Shown: one piece after another, positions 27,230 to 36,735 of the stretch | How the letters are laid out: each line of letters starts with the position of its first letter | How positions within the stretch are numbered: the first letter of the stretch is position 1 | NCBI GenBank assembly: GCA_028705215.1 | Contig: JAQWDY010000002.1 | Span: 24,759 to 88,758 of the forward strand | DNA from: Patescibacteria group bacterium | GTDB taxonomy: Bacteria > Patescibacteriota > Patescibacteriia > Patescibacteriales > UBA12465 | Reading direction: 5' to 3' | Length of the DNA: 64,000 bases | The notes under the pieces: generated by a model | What the model saw: only the letters and a program-made list of their open reading frames with translations | Told to the model about the DNA's origin: nothing | Database searches by the model: none | Made by a program: the position numbers and the translations under genes

Positions 27230-28201
27230 TTATTTTATATTAGTCAATAGTTGTTTCTTAGAAAACAACTTCTTATACTGCAACAAGTTATATGGCTCGA
27301 ATATTAAACTAAATATAAACAGAAAAAAGATCTGCCAAAATATAATTATTTGGCTATAAATAGGCTCTTTTTTAAAATATTTTTTATACAATAAGTGCTG
27401 ATTATAGAATGACCACTCCTTAATTTGCCTATTTTTACGCCAACGATTACATAAACGAGCTCCTAAACTTTTTTTATAAAAAGCAGCTGTTCTATCGTGA
27501 TATAAAATAGCACTAGGAACTAGCTTGCTGGCAAGCCCTTTCATTTGAAGTCTATAAGCTAAATCGCAATCTTCTTTATACATAAAGAATTCAGGATCAA
27601 AATAAGCATCTTTTTCCTTAATTTTTTTTAGTAAATTTAGACGAAATAAACCCGCTGCTCCACCTGGCGCAATAATGTCAAACTTATCATACTGACCCCT
27701 ATCTTCCTCGCCCTGCCCTAAATCATAAAATTTAAGACCAGGCTTCAAAGTCAGGCCACAAGAATCAATTTGGTTTGTTTTTTTAAAATTAATAAAGTCC
27801 CAGCGTTTAATTTTTGGTGACACTGCCACTAATTCTGGATTTGATTTAAGAGTTTTCAGTAGGTTATAAATTGCCTTCTTTTCTATAACTATATCCGGAT
27901 TAATAATAAGAAAATAATCGGCTTTCATTTTTTCAGCTTTAGCAAGAAGATAGTTATAAGCTGACCCAAAACCAATATTATTTTCAGTACGACAATATCT
28001 AATTCTTAGTTTATCTTTATACTCAAAAAACTCTAAAGCTAAGCGATTTTCATGATTTAATTGATCGCTATTGTCAAAGGCTAAAACAGAATATTCATTT
28101 TCTTTAAATAAACTTAAGGCCTCTTTTAAAGAAGGCAAAAAATAAGCTAAGTATTTAGCGCTAACATTATTATAAGTTATAAATCCAACCACTAATTTCA
28201 T
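27230..28201 (-). CDS. glycosyltransferase, GT2 family
   Basis: VVGFITYNN, FDNSD, the DxD region, GGAAGLFRL and a C-terminal TM helix. Confidence 0.85.
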   Translation of the reverse strand: MKLVVGFITYNNVSAKYLAYFLPSLKEALSLFKENEYSVLAFDNSDQLNHENRLALEFFEYKDKLRIRYCRTENNIGFGSAYNYLLAKAEKMKADYFLIINPDIVIEKKAIYNLLKTLKSNPELVAVSPKIKRWDFINFKKTNQIDSCGLTLKPGLKFYDLGQGEEDRGQYDKFDIIAPGGAAGLFRLNLLKKIKEKDAYFDPEFFMYKEDCDLAYRLQMKGLASKLVPSAILYHDRTAAFYKKSLGARLCNRWRKNRQIKEWSFYNQHLLYKKYFKKEPIYSQIIIFWQIFFLFIFSLIFEPYNLLQYKKLFSKKQLLTNIK

Positions 28202-28208
28202 AATAATT

Positions 28209-28237
28209 TGACTTGAACTATATTATATTTTAAACTA
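28209..28237 (+). promoter_or_regulatory. sigma70-type promoter (TTGACT-17-TAAACT) for the 92-aa ORF
   Basis: TTGACT at 28209-28214 and TAAACT at 28232-28237, about 27 nt upstream of the ATG. Confidence 0.4.
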
Positions 28238-28264
28238 AGAATACGTTTTTTAAAATAAAATATC

Positions 28265-28543
28265 ATGGACGAAAAAAGAAAGTATTTACAGAGTGCAGCA
28301 AGAGCCTGGAGAATGAAACAAGACGTCTTAGAGGGCGTAGAAGAAAGGTTAAAAGAGAAAAAGCTTTCGAATCCGAAACAAGTCAGTTTAGAGATTGAAA
28401 ATTATCTCAAGGAACAATCCTTAAAAAGAATTGATGTTACCCATTGCGACAGCTCAAAATCCGTTCACACCTTTTATCTACACTTTTCCTTTGACGGAGT
28501 AATCATTGAATGTGCTCATTTACGAAAAAATCTTGAAGTTTAA
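28265..28543 (+). CDS. hypothetical protein (92 aa)
   Basis: ATG-initiated ORF with its own promoter-like element and a strong terminator directly downstream. I recognise no family. Confidence 0.5.
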   Translation: MDEKRKYLQSAARAWRMKQDVLEGVEERLKEKKLSNPKQVSLEIENYLKEQSLKRIDVTHCDSSKSVHTFYLHFSFDGVIIECAHLRKNLEV

Positions 28544-28556
28544 AAAACTACCCATT

Positions 28557-28581
28557 AGGGCCCAATAAAGGGCCCTTTTTT
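28557..28581 (+). terminator. intrinsic terminator (AGGGCCC-AAUAAA-GGGCCCU + U6) between convergent genes
   Basis: The palindromic GGGCCC arms at 28558-28563 and 28570-28575 are followed by TTTTTT. Confidence 0.75.
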
Positions 28582-29305
28582 ATATAATCATTTTATCAGA
28601 CAGTTTGTCGCGAGCAAATAATTGTGCTTTTAATAAACTATCGAAAGTACCCGCATCCAACCATTCTCCTTTAACCATTGCCACTTTCAGTTCACCCTTA
28701 TCTAAATACCAGTTATTAACATCTGTTATCTCCAATTCACCACGAGAGCTTGGCTTCATTTCACGTGCCACTTTTACCACCCTATTATCATAGACATATA
28801 AACCGGTTACCGCGTAATCACTTAAAAATTTATTTGGTTTTTCTACTATTTTTTCCGCCCTCATATCGTCAGAAAATTTAACAACGCCAAATCTTTCTGG
28901 GTCTGGAACTTGCTTGGCAAAAATTTTAGCCCCACTTGTAAAGTTTTTTATCTCTTGAGAAAAATCATCCTCAAAAATATTATCACCCAATATCATCGCC
29001 ACATTCTCATCATCAATAAAATTCTCAGCGATGATAAACGCTTGCGCCAAACCTTCTGGCTTGTCTTGAATTTCATATGTAAATTTTACTCCAAACTCCT
29101 TTCCTGAACCAAGCAAATTAAGATAGTCCCCTGCCCTTTCTGGGGCAACAATAATCATTATTTCCTTAATACCCGCCTTTATCAAAGTGTTTAAAGGATA
29201 ATAAATCATGGGGCGATTATAAATAGGAAGCAATTGTTTACTTGTAATTTTAGTTAATGGCCTTAATCTAGTACCACTACCACCAGATAAAATTATTCCT
29301 CTCAT
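28580..29305 (-). CDS. sugar-1-phosphate nucleotidyltransferase, probably glucose-1-phosphate thymidylyltransferase (short form)
   Basis: MRGIILSGGSGTRLRPLTKITSKQLLPIYNRPMIYYPL and a location next to rfbD. Confidence 0.8.
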   Translation of the reverse strand: MRGIILSGGSGTRLRPLTKITSKQLLPIYNRPMIYYPLNTLIKAGIKEIMIIVAPERAGDYLNLLGSGKEFGVKFTYEIQDKPEGLAQAFIIAENFIDDENVAMILGDNIFEDDFSQEIKNFTSGAKIFAKQVPDPERFGVVKFSDDMRAEKIVEKPNKFLSDYAVTGLYVYDNRVVKVAREMKPSSRGELEITDVNNWYLDKGELKVAMVKGEWLDAGTFDSLLKAQLFARDKLSDKMII

Positions 29306-30165
29306 AAAATTATTCTTAAATAGTCTTTTAAAGCTTCTTTATATGGACGCATTTTTTTAAGCTTATTATTTTCTAACACTGAAAATTTAGGACGCCTGGC
29401 TAATCGCGCCAAATCTTCACTTCTAATAGGTCGTAACTTAATTTCTTTTTTAGCTATTTTAAATAATTCATTTGCCCCTTCAAACCAAGTTACCGCTCCT
29501 TCGTTAATCAAATGATATATGCCCGGAGCTGGTCGAGCAATTAATAAACGAGCGCTAGCACTAGCTAAATCAGGTGTATAGGTAAAACAACTTAGTTCTT
29601 CGTTTACTGCCATTAGACTATCTTTTGTGGCTGCCAGTTTTAACATTGTATCAAAAAAACTTGGCTTAGCTAAAGGGTTGTCGCTATTTGGACCAAATAA
29701 TTTAGACGTTCTGATTAAATAATATTGTAAACCACGAGACTCTAATTTTTTTAATTCTATCTCTCCTAAAAATTTGCTCTCACCATATTTATTTATCGGA
29801 TTTGGCGTATCGTTTTCAGAAAAACTCGGACGAGATTCCAGTCCACTAAAAACATAATCCGTGGAATAATGAGCTAAAATAAAATTTAATTTTATCGCTA
29901 ATTTTCCTAAAGTAGCTGGTAGATCACGATTTAAAATAAGCGCTAATTCATAGCCCTCCTTATTTTCACAATTATCAACCTGATTGTAGGCAACGGTATT
30001 AACGACTAAATTTGGCCTAATTTCTGTTAACACCTGTTCTAAGTAGTCACTATCTAAAACATCAAAGTCTTCCCTATCAAAAGAAAACACTTCATGGTCT
30101 GTTTTGAAAACTAAATCAAGTTGTGAACCGAGATTTCCTCGAGCTCCAAGAATAACTATTTTCAT
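29302..30165 (-). CDS. rfbD: dTDP-4-dehydrorhamnose reductase
   Basis: MKIVILGARGNLGSQL, YSTDYVFSG and YGESK (YxxxK). Confidence 0.85.
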   Translation of the reverse strand: MKIVILGARGNLGSQLDLVFKTDHEVFSFDREDFDVLDSDYLEQVLTEIRPNLVVNTVAYNQVDNCENKEGYELALILNRDLPATLGKLAIKLNFILAHYSTDYVFSGLESRPSFSENDTPNPINKYGESKFLGEIELKKLESRGLQYYLIRTSKLFGPNSDNPLAKPSFFDTMLKLAATKDSLMAVNEELSCFTYTPDLASASARLLIARPAPGIYHLINEGAVTWFEGANELFKIAKKEIKLRPIRSEDLARLARRPKFSVLENNKLKKMRPYKEALKDYLRIIL

Positions 30166-30175
30166 AATTATATTA

Positions 30176-31465
30176 TTATTTTTTCCACTCTAACTCTTGA
30201 CGTACTAAAAATTCTTCCGCTCTATCAGGCTCTGCCATTATTTCTTTTACAATTTTTTCCATTCTAGCTCCTTGCGAACCCTTTACCAATAAAAGATCAC
30301 CTGATTGCAAGCGATGCTGCAGAAAACGCCCCGCCTCTTTAGGGTAATCAAAGAAAAAAATCTTGTCCTTTGCCATGCCACTATCTTTGGCTCCACGCAT
30401 AAAATCACGCGCTCTTTCGCCAACAGCGACTAGATAATCAATCCCTAATTCTTTAATTTTACGCCCAACCAAACGATGTCCCTCTATAGTATAGGCACCA
30501 ATTTCTAACATATCCCCTAAAACAGCGTACTTGTGCGCCTGACTATCAATACTCATCTTTCCTAATATAGAAATAGCAGACAGTGCCGCTTCCGGAGATG
30601 AGTTATAGGTATCATCTATAATAAAGGAATGCTTAATTCCAGGCAATATATTCATACGTCCTGGCGGCAAAGAGAAATTACGTAATTTAGTTGCTGCTTC
30701 TAAAACTGGAATTTTAAATTCTCGAGCTACCGCCAAAGCAGCTAAAGCAGCATAAATAGCCGGTTCTGAAATGACATTTTTCATTGCCACAGGAACAACG
30801 GCGCCATCGCTATTTAACTTAAAATTTATGCCCGATAATTCATAAAGTCCCTTTTCAAAATTATAAATAACATCTTGCGCCTTCAAATCAACGTTTTCTG
30901 CTTTAATTCCAAAACTCACCACTCTTGCCTTAGCAATGTTTTTCATTTCTTTAACAAGCGCGCTATCAAAATTTAATATTGCCAGACCAGAAGAAGATAA
31001 AGCCTCTACTAAATGTTGCTTTTCTTTTTTTATATTTAAGATACTGCCAAAATATTCCAAATGAGAATAGCTCACCGCTGTTATTACCGCTATCTGTGGC
31101 TTTATTATAGATGTTAGATAATTCATATCACCGGGACGATCTATGCCCATCTCTAAAACTAAAATTTCAGGATATTTCTTATTCTTATAAACTAGCAGAC
31201 AAAATGCTTTGATAAAAACACCAAGCCAAGCAAAGTAATTCTTGCCTGGTGATTTGCTACCAATTATAGTAAGTGGTAAGCCAAACTCATTGTTATAATT
31301 TTTATAACTAGTTCTGACTCTATACTTATCTTCTAAAACTAAATTAATCGCTTCCTTAGCAGTAGTTTTGCCAATTGATCCAGAAATTCCAACTACTTTT
31401 GGCTGATAACGCCAAATTATTAATTTAGCTAATATTTTTAATTTATATTTCAATAATTTACGCAT
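30176..31465 (-). CDS. murF: UDP-N-acetylmuramoyl-tripeptide--D-alanyl-D-alanine ligase
   Basis: P-loop GISGSIGKTTAKE, DDTYNSSPEA and its position in the dcw cluster. Confidence 0.88.
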   Translation of the reverse strand: MRKLLKYKLKILAKLIIWRYQPKVVGISGSIGKTTAKEAINLVLEDKYRVRTSYKNYNNEFGLPLTIIGSKSPGKNYFAWLGVFIKAFCLLVYKNKKYPEILVLEMGIDRPGDMNYLTSIIKPQIAVITAVSYSHLEYFGSILNIKKEKQHLVEALSSSGLAILNFDSALVKEMKNIAKARVVSFGIKAENVDLKAQDVIYNFEKGLYELSGINFKLNSDGAVVPVAMKNVISEPAIYAALAALAVAREFKIPVLEAATKLRNFSLPPGRMNILPGIKHSFIIDDTYNSSPEAALSAISILGKMSIDSQAHKYAVLGDMLEIGAYTIEGHRLVGRKIKELGIDYLVAVGERARDFMRGAKDSGMAKDKIFFFDYPKEAGRFLQHRLQSGDLLLVKGSQGARMEKIVKEIMAEPDRAEEFLVRQELEWKK

Positions 31466-31470
31466 ATATA

Positions 31471-33435
31471 CTATCTAGTTTTTGGTACCGCATAATAATT
31501 TAAAACAAATTCCGCGATATCCCGCCATAATGGCAAAGCTGAGCCTTCAGCATACTGAACGCCACGAGGCTTGTCAATTTTAGTTAACATTACAAAAGCA
31601 GGATTTTCTATCGGAGCAATACCAATAAAGCTATGAATATAATCAGTTTTACTATAACCACCAATAGTCGCCATTTGTGCAGTTCCTGTTTTACCACCAA
31701 CATAATATCCAGGAATAGCAGCTTTTTGTGAGTGTCCCTTTTCAACTACATTAACTAACATGGCTGAAATTGTGGCTGCAGTTTTCTCTGAAATTACCTG
31801 CGAAACTGCCTTTGGCTCAATTTCTTCTTGTTTATTTTCAGAAATAATACTTTTAACAACATGGGGTTTCATTAAAAGACCGTGATTGGCAATTGCTTGA
31901 TAGGGCATTATCATTTGCAAGGGGGTAACCGCGATACCTTGTCCAAAAGAAGCTGTCGCCGCATCTATTTCTTTAACATTTTTTACTAATAAATTATTAA
32001 TGTTACCAGGGCTTTCTGCTCCCAGCTCAATCCCCGTCCTCTCCCCAAAGCCAAATTGTTTAATATAATCAGAAAATATTTTTGGACCCACTTGTTTCAT
32101 AGCAAAAATTGCCCCAGTATTTAAAGAGTTATCTAAAACAGCGCTCATGTCCACCACCCCATGAGGACCATGGGTAGAAAAGTCAGAATTTCTGATGGGC
32201 TTATGCCAACCATTAATCATAATTTCCCCTTTATCTTCATAAGTAGTGCTTGGCGATATTTTACCCTGATCAATCGCAATGGCTAAAGTTACAGTTTTAA
32301 AAACTGATCCAGGCTCATATTGATAAAATATAGCTGGATTATTATAAACAGAGATATCAGATACATGATTATAGTTGTTGGGGTTAAAATCTGGCAAAGA
32401 GCACATTGCAATAATTGCTCCTGTTTTCGGCTCAATGATAATAACCGAGCCACCAGCAGCCTCATGCTTTTCCACCTCTTCCTTTAATTTGTTGCAAGCA
32501 TAAAATTCAATGTTTCTATCTATGGTTAAAATTATATCCTTCCCTGCTTTTGGACTTATATATTCTCGATTATTAATTATCATAACATCGGAAGCGTTAG
32601 CCTTATCAGAACGCAAGGATCCATACTCCCCAAAAAGCTCTTTGTTGAAAAATTCTTCTAAACCATAGCTGCCAACCAATTCCTCATTTACCTGCGTTGT
32701 AAAACCGGTCAAATGAGCAGCGATTTCATTTTCTGGATAATAACGATATTTTTGCAAATTAAACCCTAATCCCGGTATTTTTAATTCCCTATTAATTTCA
32801 TCTTTAAAAACAATCTTTCCTTTTTTAATGGTTAAATTGTCTGCACTTACCAAAACTGGGCTTGATGTTGCCTCATAGTCCTCACTGGACATAAAAGAAT
32901 ATAAAGATAGCAATTCTTCAAGCGGTAATTTGGCCACTAATGGTTCATAAGGATCATTAGGTTTTTCCAGTTTTCTCATATAATCACTAATGATTTTTTC
33001 CTTAGTTGAAGTCGCAATCACAATCTCGGTGCTAGTGGGAATATTTTCTTTCAACTCTTCTTCTAACTTTGGCTTGTCAAAAAAAATAAAAAATTTCTCG
33101 GCAAATACCTGTGCATTAATTATATCTTTTGGGACAACGTAAACTTTGGCAAATTCTTTATTAGTAGCTAACGGATAAATTGCGTCACCAGCGCTGTTTT
33201 TTTCACTAAAATAAATTTTACCTCTTTCTGGTGCTAATTGATTAAAAAATTCATGCTGTGCAGATGCTAGAGCGGTATAAAAGTCACATTGTCTAATTTG
33301 TACACTGAAAAGCTTATATATTAACGAAAAAGATAATAAAAAAATAATCGCAACGACAAAGCGCCAACGATTATTATTTACGCCCCCTCCAGTTCTTTTT
33401 TTATCTCTTTTTTCTCGCCACATAATTCTAGTCAA
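31471..33435 (-). CDS. ftsI: class B penicillin-binding protein / peptidoglycan transpeptidase (FtsI-like)
   Basis: N-terminal TM anchor, SxxK (PGSVFK), SxN (NSLN), KTGT (GGKTGTAQ) and its dcw position. Confidence 0.88.
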   Translation of the reverse strand: MTRIMWREKRDKKRTGGGVNNNRWRFVVAIIFLLSFSLIYKLFSVQIRQCDFYTALASAQHEFFNQLAPERGKIYFSEKNSAGDAIYPLATNKEFAKVYVVPKDIINAQVFAEKFFIFFDKPKLEEELKENIPTSTEIVIATSTKEKIISDYMRKLEKPNDPYEPLVAKLPLEELLSLYSFMSSEDYEATSSPVLVSADNLTIKKGKIVFKDEINRELKIPGLGFNLQKYRYYPENEIAAHLTGFTTQVNEELVGSYGLEEFFNKELFGEYGSLRSDKANASDVMIINNREYISPKAGKDIILTIDRNIEFYACNKLKEEVEKHEAAGGSVIIIEPKTGAIIAMCSLPDFNPNNYNHVSDISVYNNPAIFYQYEPGSVFKTVTLAIAIDQGKISPSTTYEDKGEIMINGWHKPIRNSDFSTHGPHGVVDMSAVLDNSLNTGAIFAMKQVGPKIFSDYIKQFGFGERTGIELGAESPGNINNLLVKNVKEIDAATASFGQGIAVTPLQMIMPYQAIANHGLLMKPHVVKSIISENKQEEIEPKAVSQVISEKTAATISAMLVNVVEKGHSQKAAIPGYYVGGKTGTAQMATIGGYSKTDYIHSFIGIAPIENPAFVMLTKIDKPRGVQYAEGSALPLWRDIAEFVLNYYAVPKTR

Positions 33436-33444
33436 GAAAAGTAA

Positions 33445-33786
33445 TTATTTCTTTGCCACCGCTTGTCCGCCCACTTTAATGTATTCAATATTATCTACTT
33501 TAACCATGTCTAAATCCTTTGCCTTCTCATTTAAAACATAAAAAGACTGAAGAGAATTTACCTGCTGTTCTTGTAACTTATAACTCTCCTCTATTTCAAA
33601 TGCTTGTGACCTTAAGTCCTGCAAAATAAAACCTTTTGCTGTCAGATCACTAATGCCAATTAAATACATGAAAAAACCAGCCGCTACCATTAAAAATAGG
33701 CCAGTATTTAACAGTCGCAGACTAATAGATTTTGGATTTTTTTTATTTTTTTTCGATGATAAATAATAATTAGTTGCTTTTTTCAT
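33445..33786 (-). CDS. FtsL-like cell-division membrane protein
   Basis: 113 aa, with a single TM helix followed by a short coiled coil. It sits in the canonical slot between rsmH and ftsI. Confidence 0.55.
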   Translation of the reverse strand: MKKATNYYLSSKKNKKNPKSISLRLLNTGLFLMVAAGFFMYLIGISDLTAKGFILQDLRSQAFEIEESYKLQEQQVNSLQSFYVLNEKAKDLDMVKVDNIEYIKVGGQAVAKK

Positions 33787-33836
33787 AAGCGAACAAGATT
33801 ATATTAATTTAAAAATTATCAAATTTATAACAATCA

Positions 33837-34727
33837 CTAAACCACCTTGATACCCGAACGAAGTTTAGCGCTTCGCGCACGCGGATTGCTTGCTACTTCA
33901 TTCTCACTAGCTACTACCGGTTTTTTAACAATAGGCATTATTTCTTCATTATTCTTAAAAAATTGCTTAACTATCCTATCTTCACCACTGTGAAAAGATA
34001 CTACCACTATTCGTCCTTTAAACTTTAATATTTTTGAAATATCCGCCAAGGCTGTTTTTAAATTGTTAAATTCCTGATTGGTTTCTATTCTTAAGGCCTG
34101 AAATACTTTTGTGGCAGGATGTATTTTGTAATACGCTCTTTTCGGATATTGCTTTACTATAATATCTACCAAATCTTGCGTTGTTTCTATTTTTCGCTTC
34201 TTCCTTTCTAATACAATTGCTTTCGCAATTTTATAAGCATTTTTTTCTTCACCATACTCTCTAAATATCTCAGTTAAATCAAGAAGCTTATAGTTATTTA
34301 TAATTTCTACTGTTTGTTTTTCTGCCTTTTTACCAAACGCCATATCAAGCGGAACATCATTTTGAAAAGAAAAGCTTCTCTTTTTATCAGACAATTGAAA
34401 GGACGATAAACCGAGATCAAAAACAATTCCATCAACTAATTCCTCTTTTTTAAAATACTCATGAAAAACTGGGGCAATATTTTTAAAATTCTCTTGAACT
34501 AAAATTACATTTTCTATAGCTTGTTTAGCAATTTTTTCCTTAGCATTACTAATTGCGGCAATATCCATATCTAAGGCCAATACTCTTCCCTTAGGGCCTA
34601 CTCTTTTTGCAAGTTCTAAGGTGTAACCAGCACCTCCTAATGTACAATCTATATATATTCCGCCTGGTTTAACTGCTAAATGTTTTACTACTTCCGAAAG
34701 CATGACAGGAATGTGATGGTATTTCAT
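33837..34727 (-). CDS. rsmH: 16S rRNA (cytosine1402-N4)-methyltransferase
   Basis: HIPVMLSEV, GIYIDCTLGGAGYT, FDLGLSSFQL and SFHSGEDRIVK. Confidence 0.95.
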   Translation of the reverse strand: MKYHHIPVMLSEVVKHLAVKPGGIYIDCTLGGAGYTLELAKRVGPKGRVLALDMDIAAISNAKEKIAKQAIENVILVQENFKNIAPVFHEYFKKEELVDGIVFDLGLSSFQLSDKKRSFSFQNDVPLDMAFGKKAEKQTVEIINNYKLLDLTEIFREYGEEKNAYKIAKAIVLERKKRKIETTQDLVDIIVKQYPKRAYYKIHPATKVFQALRIETNQEFNNLKTALADISKILKFKGRIVVVSFHSGEDRIVKQFFKNNEEIMPIVKKPVVASENEVASNPRARSAKLRSGIKVV

Positions 34728-34728
34728 A

Positions 34729-35160
34729 TTAAATCCCTAAATCTCCTAATGCCTCAGCGATATCGTTACTATTTTTTTCTGAATTAGCCTTATATTTATC
34801 CCAAGCTGCTTGATCCCATATTTCTAAATGATTATACAAACCAGCAACTACTACTTTCTTTTTCAAATTAGAAAAGGAGCGTAAATATTCTGGCAAGGTA
34901 ACACGACCTTGGTTATCAAATTCTACATCCATCGCACCAGCTAACATGTGTCGAGAAAAGGCTCTAGCCTTTGCTTGACTTAAAGGTAGGGCAGCAAATT
35001 TTTGTGCAATTGCTGTAAACTGTTCTTTTGAATACAAAAAAAGACAATTGTCTAAACCCTTAGTAACAACTGCCCCCTTCTTTAAAGCGGCACGAAACTT
35101 AGCTGGAATCGCAACGCGTCCCTTATTATCCAAACTATGATTGTATTCACCAATTAACAT
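34729..35160 (-). CDS. mraZ: transcriptional regulator MraZ
   Basis: Two SpoVT/AbrB-like halves carry DNKGRVAIP and DNQGRVTLP. Confidence 0.95.
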   Translation of the reverse strand: MLIGEYNHSLDNKGRVAIPAKFRAALKKGAVVTKGLDNCLFLYSKEQFTAIAQKFAALPLSQAKARAFSRHMLAGAMDVEFDNQGRVTLPEYLRSFSNLKKKVVVAGLYNHLEIWDQAAWDKYKANSEKNSNDIAEALGDLGI

Positions 35161-35215
35161 ATAATATTTATCTTTTAGTTCGCCTCAATTCCCCACCATT
35201 CACCTTACAAGTTTA

Positions 35216-35244
35216 ATTATACACCACTAACCCCCAAGGGTCAA
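35216..35244 (-). promoter_or_regulatory. consensus-grade sigma70 promoter of the mraZ/dcw operon (TTGACC-17-TATAAT)
   Basis: On the minus strand, TTGACC (35244-35239), a 17-nt spacer and TATAAT (35221-35216), about 55 nt upstream of the mraZ ATG. Confidence 0.65.
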
Positions 35245-35279
35245 CACTTTTATTTTAACTAAAATAAGGTAAAAAATAT

Positions 35280-35306
35280 TAAAAAAACCACTTATTAACA
35301 AGTGGT
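35280..35306 (-). terminator. intrinsic terminator after the cysS-dusB-tsaB-like operon
   Basis: Minus strand ACCACUU-GUUAAU-AAGUGGU followed by UUUUUUAAUAUUUUUU. Confidence 0.7.
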
Positions 35307-35393
35307 CTGTTTAAAAATGATTTTATAATCCTAAAAATCTATAAAGTTTTCAACAATTAATGCACAGAGCGCCTTTTTTCATAAAAACGAAAC

Positions 35394-35759
35394 TTAGCTC
35401 TTTTTCTTACCAATATTTGGCTCTCGATTATAAATTGGTAGCACTAATTTAAAATCTCCACTATTTTTTAACTTTGCGCCGCTGCTACCTTGAACCGGAA
35501 TTTGATAAGCATAGGCTAAAGCGTTAGCGGTTAGAACGCCAATTCGCAAGGAGGTGAAACTCCCCCCAACATCAACTACTTCAATTTTTTTTATATCATT
35601 AAAATCAACCTTTTCTCGCTCTAATAATTTAGAAATCATCACCAAAAGCTTCCCATCTTGATAGCGAGCCACCTTTGCTCTTTGCCAATAATTCTTTTTT
35701 TTAGTCTTTAGAGCAACTTTGATTAAATTTTTTTCTGTTGTATCAATCCAAAGTATCAT
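35394..35759 (-). CDS. TsaB-like protein, N-terminal half only (t6A biosynthesis partner)
   Basis: MILWIDTT...VDVGGSFTSLRIGVLTANALAYAYQIPV matches the N-terminal ASKHA half of TsaB/YeaZ. The ORF is only 121 aa. Confidence 0.6.
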   Translation of the reverse strand: MILWIDTTEKNLIKVALKTKKKNYWQRAKVARYQDGKLLVMISKLLEREKVDFNDIKKIEVVDVGGSFTSLRIGVLTANALAYAYQIPVQGSSGAKLKNSGDFKLVLPIYNREPNIGKKKS

Positions 35760-36735
35760 AATTTTCCTGTTTGTAATTATTTATAATATTTTCAATTTCA
35801 AGCAAATTATTAACCGACACCAATTGCGCTCTTAGCTTACTAGCCCGAGGAAAACCTTGAACATACCACGCTAAATGCTTTCTTAAATCTGGTAAAGACT
35901 TTTCCCCTTTTAAGGCGACGAAGGTTCGCGCATGTTTTAAGGCGATTTCTAAAATATCCCTTGTTGCTAAGCTTATTTCCCTTCCTTCTTTTATTTCTTT
36001 AAATAACCAAGGCCGTCCCAATGCGCCTCTTCCCAGCCCCAGTCCATCTGCTTGACTTGTTTTTAGAGCTTCACGCGCTTGTGCTAAAGAATTAATTCCA
36101 CCATTGGCAAGAATAAGGCCAGAAAAAAATGGACGAATTTCTTTTACCAGAGCATAATTAGCGTCACCGGAAAAACCCTGTTGCAAAGAACGACCATGCA
36201 GCATTAATGCTGCTAATGGCAAATCACTTATGTATTTTACAAATTCTAAAGCGCTGATATTTTTTACTTTTGCTCTAATTTTTATCGAAACTGGTAAATC
36301 GGTATTTTCTAAAACAGCCTCTATCACTTCACGCGCTCGTTTTAAATCCATCATCAAGGCTGACCCTGCACCCTGCTTCATTACCTTAGGAACAGGACAA
36401 CCAAAGTTAATATCAATTCCATCTGGCTTTATTTGACGAGTTATTATCTTAGTAGCTTGCGCAAAATGTTTTGGCGTTGAACCAAAAATTTGAACAACAT
36501 AAGGCCTTTCTTTTTGTTTAAATTTTAGAAGCTCCTTTGTCTCTAGCGCACCACCCCCTTGATTATCACCATAATATAAAGCGGCAACAGATGCCATCTC
36601 GCTATAGACAACATCAGCTCCATAATCCTTTAACAATAAACGAAAAGCAGAATCGGTAAAACCAGCTAAAGGTGCCATTGCTAAAATTGTTTGTTTTTTA
36701 TTTTTATATTCTTGCCAAAAATTATTACTATTCAT
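35743..36735 (-). CDS. dusB: tRNA-dihydrouridine synthase
   Basis: LAPLAGFTDSAFRLL, DINFGCPVPKV and HGRS. Confidence 0.9.
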   Translation of the reverse strand: MNSNNFWQEYKNKKQTILAMAPLAGFTDSAFRLLLKDYGADVVYSEMASVAALYYGDNQGGGALETKELLKFKQKERPYVVQIFGSTPKHFAQATKIITRQIKPDGIDINFGCPVPKVMKQGAGSALMMDLKRAREVIEAVLENTDLPVSIKIRAKVKNISALEFVKYISDLPLAALMLHGRSLQQGFSGDANYALVKEIRPFFSGLILANGGINSLAQAREALKTSQADGLGLGRGALGRPWLFKEIKEGREISLATRDILEIALKHARTFVALKGEKSLPDLRKHLAWYVQGFPRASKLRAQLVSVNNLLEIENIINNYKQENYDTLD

